Origin: Candidatus Methylomirabilota bacterium
GTDB lineage: Bacteria; Methylomirabilota; Methylomirabilia; Rokubacteriales; CSP1-6
Reading direction: 5' to 3'
Assembly (NCBI GenBank): GCA_046726415.1
Contig: JBKPAK010000234.1
Coordinates: 1 to 26,648 of the forward strand
DNA length: 26,648 nt
Position 1 is the first letter of the stretch, and every line of letters begins with the position of its first letter. The position numbers were made by a program, and so were the translations under genes. This document shows, one piece after another, positions 17,872 to 24,177 of this stretch. The notes under the pieces were generated by a model, which saw only the letters and a list, made by a program, of their open reading frames with translations, made no database searches and was not told where the DNA came from.

Positions 17872-18096
17872 ATGGGCGATCGGCACCGGGCGAACAACCG
17901 AGGCGTAGGTCCGCTGTCACACATCGATATCGCGCGCGCCGTGCTGGGTCATTGCGGAGCCGCCGAGGACGCCCCGTCCGCCGTGAGGGCGCGGCTCGAT
18001 CGGGTCAAGGCGGTGCGGAGGGGGCTGGCCGACGGTTCGCTAGTGCCGGACCCGGCGCGCATTGCCCGAGCGTTGCTCGCGCGCGGCGTGCTCTAG
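17872..18096 (+). CDS. flgM: FlgM-like anti-sigma28 factor (74 aa)
   Basis: RBS GAGGGGGAG. C-terminus RLDRVKAVRRGLADGSLVPDPARIARALL fits the FlgM sigma-binding pattern R..kV..lk..I..G.y.vd...IA..ll. A sigma28 gene is nearby. Confidence 0.65.
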   Translation: MGDRHRANNRGVGPLSHIDIARAVLGHCGAAEDAPSAVRARLDRVKAVRRGLADGSLVPDPARIARALLARGVL

Positions 18097-18393
18097 TCCC
18101 TTCTTGACCCGCGCCCGCTCGGCCGCCGCTGGGAACCCAGGGGGCGCTGTGGCCTGTCCTTCGCGTCCCCGCCGCAACTCTTCCAGAACGGCGCGGTCAA
18201 CCGCCACGACGTCACCGTGAGCCACGCGCAGGAGCCAGCGCAAACCACACACGCAGTCGAAGACGAGGGTCGACTGGAAGCTGCCCATGCTGCCCGCCGA
18301 TAGGACGTGGATCCGGTGCAGCTTCAGTCCATGCCGCTCCGTGCAAGTCTTGAAGCGGGCGTGCTGCTGGACCTCCGTCACCACCCGCGCCAT
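18040..18393 (-). CDS. Hypothetical protein with possible metal site (C-x3-H...C-x-C)
   Basis: ATG directly abuts the upstream TAA; third gene of a coupled operon. No family recognised. Confidence 0.5.
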   Translation of the reverse strand: MARVVTEVQQHARFKTCTERHGLKLHRIHVLSAGSMGSFQSTLVFDCVCGLRWLLRVAHGDVVAVDRAVLEELRRGREGQATAPPGFPAAAERARVKKGLEHAAREQRSGNARRVRH

Positions 18394-18861
18394 TTAGGAA
18401 GACCCCAGGGCTCGGCGCAGGCTTCCCTCGGACGGACAGAGGCGAATCGAGGACTGCGGGCTGGCGAATGGCCGACCGCACTGCGAGCATGGTCTCACCC
18501 ACCAGGCGCGCGGGTGCACGGTATGGCTCACGAACAGGTAGATGGCCAGCGGGTGGGCGTTGCGCACGACCCGGCACAGAGCGTAGAAATCCAAACCGTG
18601 GCCGTTGTTGTGTAGTGTGGTGACGTCTTCCTGCTGGGCAGGGGTGAGGGCGCGATACCGAGGGGCATTCAGATCCTTGTAGACCGGTACGCCGAGGCGG
18701 GCGAGCCGCGCCAAGGTCGTCAAGACCCGCTTGCGACCGCAGCCCAGAATGGCGGCCAGGTCGTTCACGGAGCAACTGCGTCGCAGAAAGATGACGGCGG
18801 CGATGAAGGCCGGATCGACTTTTTCGCGGCCGGGGCGGCACGGAGAAAGGGTTGCGCTCAT
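18394..18861 (-). CDS. Hypothetical DNA-binding protein: N-terminal HTH and C-terminal Zn-ribbon-like motif
   Basis: SVNDLAAILGCGRKRVLTTLARL is HTH-like; RPCSQCGRPF...RLCP. ATGA overlap with the upstream gene. Confidence 0.6.
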   Translation of the reverse strand: MSATLSPCRPGREKVDPAFIAAVIFLRRSCSVNDLAAILGCGRKRVLTTLARLARLGVPVYKDLNAPRYRALTPAQQEDVTTLHNNGHGLDFYALCRVVRNAHPLAIYLFVSHTVHPRAWWVRPCSQCGRPFASPQSSIRLCPSEGSLRRALGSS

Positions 18862-19622
18862 GATCGGGCCTCCGGATGACCGGTTAGACTGAGCATCTCG
18901 GCGAACAGCGACTGATAGCGATCGATAGACTCGTCGCTGAGCGGCGACGCCCCCGGAGGCAGGATCGCCGCCAGGGTGGCGAAGTCGGGAATCGCCACGG
19001 GAGGAAGCGCCCTCGCGAGGAGGTCGAGGCTGTCGTTGGACAGATCGCCGCGAAGCGTCCGAAGTGGTCCGTGAGCTTCCAGCTGTCCTCGACTCCTTGC
19101 GCGCTCCTCCGCGGCCAGAAGCAACAGCGCTGCGCGATTGAGGTTGGCGACGCGGTCCAGGATGCGCTTGGCCCCATCGGTCCAGTGCCAATGGTCCCGC
19201 AAGCCGTACGTGTCCCGCACCAGAGAGCTCAGCGCGCTCGCCATCCGTGGCGCAGTTCCCGAAATCAAGGCAAGCTGAAGGTCACGGTAGCGATCACGCG
19301 CAAGGGCACGTGCTTGCCGCGGGCTGACTGCGCCCTCGCGCCACGCGCCAGATGGTCCGAGACGAGACGGCACGAGGGTGCCGAGCAGTGTGGGCGCGGC
19401 CACGAGCGTCGCGAGCGAGAGAGGGGCTCCGTGGCCGACCTGGGACAGCAGAGCTTCGGGAAGAGGACTCGCGGGCCCGTAGAGTAACTGGACGGCGGTC
19501 GCCGCTGCCGAGGCGGATGGCAGCCAGAGCAATTCATCCACCAAACTCAGAACGGCGTAGTTGAAGGTGACCCTGAGGGTGTCCGATCGCCCATCTGTTG
19601 GCTGGTTTGCCAGTACCTTCAT
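18858..19622 (-). CDS. Hypothetical protein (helical, no recognised family)
   Basis: 254-aa ORF, first of a coupled trio, directly behind a sigma54 promoter. Confidence 0.6.
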   Translation of the reverse strand: MKVLANQPTDGRSDTLRVTFNYAVLSLVDELLWLPSASAAATAVQLLYGPASPLPEALLSQVGHGAPLSLATLVAAPTLLGTLVPSRLGPSGAWREGAVSPRQARALARDRYRDLQLALISGTAPRMASALSSLVRDTYGLRDHWHWTDGAKRILDRVANLNRAALLLLAAEERARSRGQLEAHGPLRTLRGDLSNDSLDLLARALPPVAIPDFATLAAILPPGASPLSDESIDRYQSLFAEMLSLTGHPEARS

Positions 19623-19642
19623 CGCGACGGTAGCATGGCGTC

Positions 19643-19658
19643 AGCAAGACACATTCCA
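19643..19658 (-). promoter_or_regulatory. Sigma54 -24/-12 promoter
   Basis: TGGAAT-GTGTC-TTGCT with exact GG-N10-GC spacing. Confidence 0.65.
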
Positions 19659-19709
19659 CGACAAACTGCCCCAATTCGGCGAAGAACTGGACGAATCCGA
19701 GCGGGCGGG

Positions 19710-19746
19710 CAGGAAACTTTCCATGGGCCGCACCAGGATTTTTTCC
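19710..19746. promoter_or_regulatory. Tandem enhancer (UAS)-like boxes
   Basis: CAGGAAACTTTCC (19710-19722) and CAGGATTTTTTCC (19734-19746) are dyad-like, 24 bp apart, about 80-115 bp upstream of the predicted sigma54 start. Confidence 0.55.
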
Positions 19747-19891
19747 CGACACTTTCGACCTCGCGGATGCGGTCGCCCGTCCAATCGCGCGCCGTGTCCA
19801 GGCTGGGCCGACGGTGGTATGCTCGCGCCACGCGCAAGACGCCGAAGGTCCATCAGCAAGGGCTGACCAGGGACGCGAAAGGAGTTACTCG

Positions 19892-20524
19892 ATGTCGGTG
19901 AGGCTGTTCGTCGGAGGTCTCTCTTTTTCCACCTCCACGGAGCGTCTTCGCGAGACGTTCGCCCGATACGGTGGCGTGGACTCAGCCGCCGTGATGACGG
20001 ACCGAGAAACGGGGCGATCGCGTGGGTTCGGATTCGTCGAGATGGCGTCGTCGGAGGAAGCCGAGCAGGCCATTGGCGCCCTGAACGGATCGAGTCTCGA
20101 CGGCCGCACAATTCGCGTCGACAAAGCGACCCCGCGCGGAGCGGCGCCGTCGCGAAGCGGCGCTTTCGAGAGGCGACCGAGTGGCACAGCGCCCGGAGGC
20201 GGAGCGCCCCGACGAATGCCCTCCGCGCCCGGTGCCGGCCCGCGCGGTCCGAGCGATCGCCCAGGCGGATGGACGCCCCGGCCCGGGGGGCCAGGCGGAC
20301 GAGGCCCGGGCGGCCCGGGATCGGGCGGGCGGGGTCCAGGTGAACCGTGGAACTTGAATGCGGGCGATCAGCGGCGTGGCAGCGGGCGCCGCCGCGACGG
20401 GGAAGGAAAGCGCAGCGGCAGCGAGGGGCGCCGAAGCAGTGGCCTTCGTCGCGGCGCCGGTCCCCAGCGCCGCAGCAATGATCGCGGACGCCGCAGCCTC
20501 GGAGACGACTACCGCACCTTCTGA
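19892..20524 (+). CDS. RRM-domain RNA-binding protein with long Gly/Arg/Pro-rich tail
   Basis: RNP2 LFVGGL, RNP1 RGFGFVEM, DRETGRS. RBS AAAGGAG. Extended -10 TG-G-TATGCT at 19815-19823. Confidence 0.93.
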   Translation: MSVRLFVGGLSFSTSTERLRETFARYGGVDSAAVMTDRETGRSRGFGFVEMASSEEAEQAIGALNGSSLDGRTIRVDKATPRGAAPSRSGAFERRPSGTAPGGGAPRRMPSAPGAGPRGPSDRPGGWTPRPGGPGGRGPGGPGSGGRGPGEPWNLNAGDQRRGSGRRRDGEGKRSGSEGRRSSGLRRGAGPQRRSNDRGRRSLGDDYRTF

Positions 20525-20593
20525 CGCCCGGAAGCGATCGCACCCCCCACGCCGCGTCCCCGGAACTCACGCCGACTTTGGCATACTCAGGGG

Positions 20594-22432
20594 GTGCAGA
20601 TTCGTTTCTGGGGCACCCGCGGCTCCATTCCCACGCCAGACCGGCGCACCAACTATTTTGGTGGCAACACCAGTTGCGTGGAGATTCGCGGGGCCGACGA
20701 CCGTCTGATCATCCTCGACTGCGGGACGGGAGCCCGGCCGCTCGGCCTCGACATCTTGGGTCGCGGCGAGAAGCTGCAGCCGATGCACATCCTGATCACC
20801 CACACACACTGGGATCATATCCAGGGCTTCCCCTTCTTCCTTCCCGCCTATGTGCCGGGGGCGCGTCTGACCTTCTACGGAACCCGGGGTCTGGAGCGCA
20901 CGCTCGAGGCGTCGATCTCGGGGCAAATGCAGCACACGTACTTTCCGGTTCAGCTGGGCGAGCTGCGCGCTCAGATCGACTTCATCGAGTTGGCCGAGCA
21001 GCGCTTCACGCTCGGTCCCCTTCGGGTGACCACGCAGTTCATGAACCACACGGCGGCCACCATTGGCTACCGCTTCGAGTGTGGAGGCTTGAAGTTTACC
21101 TATTGCACTGACCACGAACCGTTCTGGTGGCCCTCTCCCGCGCCGCGTCCGGGCGACGGCAACGCCGCGCGGCATCCGGGGGAGGATCGCCATATCGCCT
21201 TCATCGAGGGCGCAGATCTGCTCATCCACGATGCGCAGTACAGCGACCACGAGTATTCGGCCAAGCGCGGTTGGGGGCACAGCCCCATCGAATACGTCGT
21301 CGAGATCGCCGCCCGCGCCGGCGTGAAACAGCTCATCCTGTTTCATCATGATCCTCTTCACTCGGACGACTGGGTCCGTCGCCACACCGAAGCGGCCCGC
21401 CGCCAGGCGCGGCGACTGCGGTCCCCGCTCGAGATTCTCGCCGCCTCCGAAGGCCTGGAAATCAACCTCGACGAGCGGCACAGTCCCGGGCGCCCAGGGG
21501 CCAACGGCAGCGCTCGGCCGGCCCTTTCCTCGGTCGGAGGGCGGATCTTGGTGGCGGGCTCGTCAGCTGAGACGGTGAAGGAGCTTCGCGACATCCTCGC
21601 CGGAGACGGCTACGACATTGCGATGGCCGGCGACCGACATCTGGGGAGCGCGGTGACGCGGCGGCGACCACATCTGCTCATCCTGGTTGGCGCGCGAAGC
21701 GAAGCCGCGCTCCTGGAGACCGTACAGCAAGCCCGGGCCGAAGCGTGGGGGGCCTCGCTCCCCGTGCTCATCCTCGCCGGCTCGGAAGGTCCCGGGCCCG
21801 CCGGACGCCTCGTCGACGCCCTCACCGATGTCCTGTCACGCCCTCTGAATCCGGCGTTCCTTCGCCCTCGGGTGCGCGCGTGGTTGAGCCGTGCCGGCGT
21901 CGCCGTCCCCGCCCGCGGGGACTTGCACCGCCAGCGGATCGTCAGCGCATCGCTGGCCGCCGGGCGTGGCTTCTTGACCGGCTTGCCGCTCGCCGAGCGC
22001 GCGACCCTGCTGACCAGTGCGAAGACCGCGCGCTTCCGCCTCGGCGAAATTCTCTTCAAGCAGGGCGAGCCCGCCGGTGGTCTCTACTTCCTGCGCTCGG
22101 GGCGCGTGCGGCTCACTGTGCGCCGCAACGGACGAGAGGTCGTCGTGGCCACGGCCAGGGTAGGCGACACGGTCGGAGAGCTGGCCGCCGTCGATGGCGG
22201 ACCGCGCACGGCCACGGCACGGGCCATCGAAGCGACAACCGCCGACTACATTTCGCGCGAGGCCTTCGCGGCCAGCCTGGCCGCCGCGCCCGCGGCGGCC
22301 GCCCGCCTGATCCGCCGGATGGCGCAGCGGCTCCGCCAGACGGATCCATACGTGGGAGAATTGACGAGCGTCCGCGCCGCGGCCAGCGACGCGCCGACCC
22401 GCGGGAAGCCGGACAGCCCGCGGCGACGCTGA
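20594..22432 (+). CDS. MBL-fold metallo-hydrolase fused to a degenerate receiver and a cNMP-binding domain
   Basis: FWGTRGSIP, GGNTSC, ILDCGTG, THTHWDHIQG (HxHxDH), HDAQY, GWGHS, LFHHDP. A REC-like segment lacks the acidic pocket. cNMP domain: ILFKQGEP...LYFLRSGRV...GELA..DGGPRTATA. Confidence 0.9.
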   Translation: MQIRFWGTRGSIPTPDRRTNYFGGNTSCVEIRGADDRLIILDCGTGARPLGLDILGRGEKLQPMHILITHTHWDHIQGFPFFLPAYVPGARLTFYGTRGLERTLEASISGQMQHTYFPVQLGELRAQIDFIELAEQRFTLGPLRVTTQFMNHTAATIGYRFECGGLKFTYCTDHEPFWWPSPAPRPGDGNAARHPGEDRHIAFIEGADLLIHDAQYSDHEYSAKRGWGHSPIEYVVEIAARAGVKQLILFHHDPLHSDDWVRRHTEAARRQARRLRSPLEILAASEGLEINLDERHSPGRPGANGSARPALSSVGGRILVAGSSAETVKELRDILAGDGYDIAMAGDRHLGSAVTRRRPHLLILVGARSEAALLETVQQARAEAWGASLPVLILAGSEGPGPAGRLVDALTDVLSRPLNPAFLRPRVRAWLSRAGVAVPARGDLHRQRIVSASLAAGRGFLTGLPLAERATLLTSAKTARFRLGEILFKQGEPAGGLYFLRSGRVRLTVRRNGREVVVATARVGDTVGELAAVDGGPRTATARAIEATTADYISREAFAASLAAAPAAAARLIRRMAQRLRQTDPYVGELTSVRAAASDAPTRGKPDSPRRR

Positions 22433-22444
22433 GCGGGATTGTTC

Positions 22445-22510
22445 GGATGGGGCCCTGAGATGGCCCCATCCCCCGTGCCGCTCGCAACGCCCTAGCCAAG
22501 CCGGGCCGTC
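22445..22510. repeat. REP-like palindromic element / hairpin
   Basis: GGATGGGGCC-CTGAGAT-GGCCCCATCC perfect 10-bp stem followed by a weaker second hairpin; no U tract. Confidence 0.4.
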
Positions 22511-22717
22511 GGCGCACCACACGCAGCGCTATCCACGTCTCCACCGCCATCCCCACGGGGAAATTTGCATCGCCTGAGGCGGCCTCACGGCCGTGACCGT
22601 GGACCAACGCATTCTTTTCGGCCTCGAAGTGGCCCGGGCTATCGCCTGATGCGATTCGACGCCTCCGATCGAGCCTACCCTCCACCGGTGGCGCATGGGG
22701 AGCACGTGAATCCGCGA

Positions 22718-22748
22718 TTGACACGACCCCATCGCTCCCTCCTAGAGT
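22718..22748 (+). promoter_or_regulatory. Sigma70-type promoter candidate for the murB-like gene
   Basis: TTGACA-N19-TAGAGT (long spacer). RBS GAAGGAGG at ~22802. Confidence 0.35.
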
Positions 22749-22820
22749 GCCGGCGACGGCGACCCGTGACAGTCGCGCCGCGATCAGCGTGGACGACACG
22801 CGAAGGAGGTATCGGGCTCG

Positions 22821-23699
22821 ATGCTTGGATCGATCTGTGGCGACGTCCGTTTCAAAGAATCCTTGCGCATCCACACCTCCCTGCGCCTCGGGGGGCCTGC
22901 CGACATCTTCATCACTCCTGAGAACATCGACGACATCCGCCACGCACTGCGCTTCGCCGAGCGCGAACAGATGCCGGTCACGGTGATCGGCGCCGGGACA
23001 CACCTGCTCGTCACCGAGCGCGGCTTTCGCGGGGTGATCCTCCACCTGGAGGGGGTGCTCAGGCGCGTGGAGTTCTACGGCGAGGAGGCCGTGGTCGGAG
23101 CGGGTGCCGAAATGTTCGCCCTGATCCGCGCCGCCGCCGCCCTGAACCTCGGCGGCCTCGCGTCACTGGTGGGGATCGCTGGCTCCGTGGGTGGTGCGCT
23201 CGTGCTCCACGGATCTGCGCTCGGTCAGCCTCGGTCGTCGATCGTCTCAGCCGTGTATTTCGTCCGAGCTGATGGCGAGATCGACGAGGTGAAACCTGGA
23301 CTGCACGGACTCGGCGATCGTTCCCTCGAGGCGCCTGGACGCATTGTCATCGGCTGCCGGCTCCGACTCGAGCGCCAGCCGGCCATCAAGATCAACCGCG
23401 CGATCGCCCACGCGCTGCGGGGGCGCCCTCTGCTTCAGACCCTCGCCCTGCCTGGGGCCGCGGTCTGGAAGGATCCGCCCGGTCACTCCGCCGGGGCGCT
23501 GATCCAGCGGGCCGGACTCTCGGGCAAACGCTTGAACGGTGCGGAGATCTCCGCCAAGCACCCCTGCGTCATCGTGAACCGCGGCACGGCCACGGCGGTG
23601 GCGATCCTCGCTCTCATGGAGCTCACTCGAGAGCGCGTGCGGGCGCGGACCGGAATTCGCCTGGAGCCGAGCATCCGCACGCTCGGCGATCCGTTCTAG
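22821..23699 (+). CDS. MurB (UDP-N-acetylenolpyruvoylglucosamine reductase)-like paralogue with degenerate active site
   Basis: HTSLRLGGPAD, IGAGTHLLV, GI.GSVGGA, SAG.LI..AGL.G...GAEIS.KH are collinear with MurB, but the catalytic motifs are altered. Confidence 0.8.
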   Translation: MLGSICGDVRFKESLRIHTSLRLGGPADIFITPENIDDIRHALRFAEREQMPVTVIGAGTHLLVTERGFRGVILHLEGVLRRVEFYGEEAVVGAGAEMFALIRAAAALNLGGLASLVGIAGSVGGALVLHGSALGQPRSSIVSAVYFVRADGEIDEVKPGLHGLGDRSLEAPGRIVIGCRLRLERQPAIKINRAIAHALRGRPLLQTLALPGAAVWKDPPGHSAGALIQRAGLSGKRLNGAEISAKHPCVIVNRGTATAVAILALMELTRERVRARTGIRLEPSIRTLGDPF

Positions 23700-23797
23700 T
23701 TGGAGGAGGCGCCCTGCCCCGCCGCGGCCCAGGAGGAGTCGCGTCCGCTTCGCGCCTCGCGAGATGGAATCGGGCCGAATCCGATACCACAGGCCTC

Positions 23798-23813
23798 CGG
23801 CACGCAGTTTGCT
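23798..23813 (+). promoter_or_regulatory. Sigma54 -24/-12 promoter
   Basis: CGGCACG-CAGT-TTGCT, near-consensus YTGGCACG-N4-TTGCW with exact spacing. Confidence 0.72.
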
Positions 23814-23880
23814 TGTCTGTCATGGCACGAACCACACGCGAGGGCGCCCTGAAGATGCCCGAGCGACAGGGAGACAAGCG

Positions 23881-24129
23881 ATGCACAGTCGCAGGCGCAG
23901 TCAGACGCGCAGGGCGCAGACAGTCCCGCCCGGTCTGTTTCTCAAGTCAGACTGCCCGAGAGACATCGATTGGCTGATCGACTACTTCGGGGAAGCCGAT
24001 CGCCGACGACTACTCACAGGGCGCGGGCGGTGGTCAGCCAGAAGGGATGGTCAACAGGTGGTGAACTGCGAACACGGCTCGCTCAACAGGTGGCGACCTG
24101 CGGGTAACCCGGTCAAGGTGGTGGTGTGA
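23881..24129 (+). CDS. Possible small hypothetical protein (82 aa); the region may instead be an sRNA
   Basis: ATG with GGGAGA 6 nt upstream, downstream of the sigma54 promoter. The 3' part overlaps out-of-frame DNA repeats. Confidence 0.35.
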   Translation: MHSRRRSQTRRAQTVPPGLFLKSDCPRDIDWLIDYFGEADRRRLLTGRGRWSARRDGQQVVNCEHGSLNRWRPAGNPVKVVV

Positions 24130-24166
24130 CGGTCGATGGCGGATCGTCAACAGGTGACGATCTGCG
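24051..24166 (+). repeat. Direct repeats TCAACAGGTGRYGAHCTGCG, ~32-bp period
   Basis: Copies at 24051, 24083 and 24147, plus a degenerate copy at 24113. Each good copy has an internal dyad (CAGGT-N4-ACCTG, perfect in copy 2). Confidence 0.8.
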
Positions 24167-24177
24167 AGTCGAGGCTG

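Noticed and set aside
22689-22704. GG-N10-GC match upstream of the murB-like gene
   Set aside because: Lacks the TTGC -12 element and is expected by chance in GC-rich DNA.
24051-24166. CRISPR mini-array
   Set aside because: Repeats are 20 bp with ~12-bp spacers, degenerate, and no cas genes are present.
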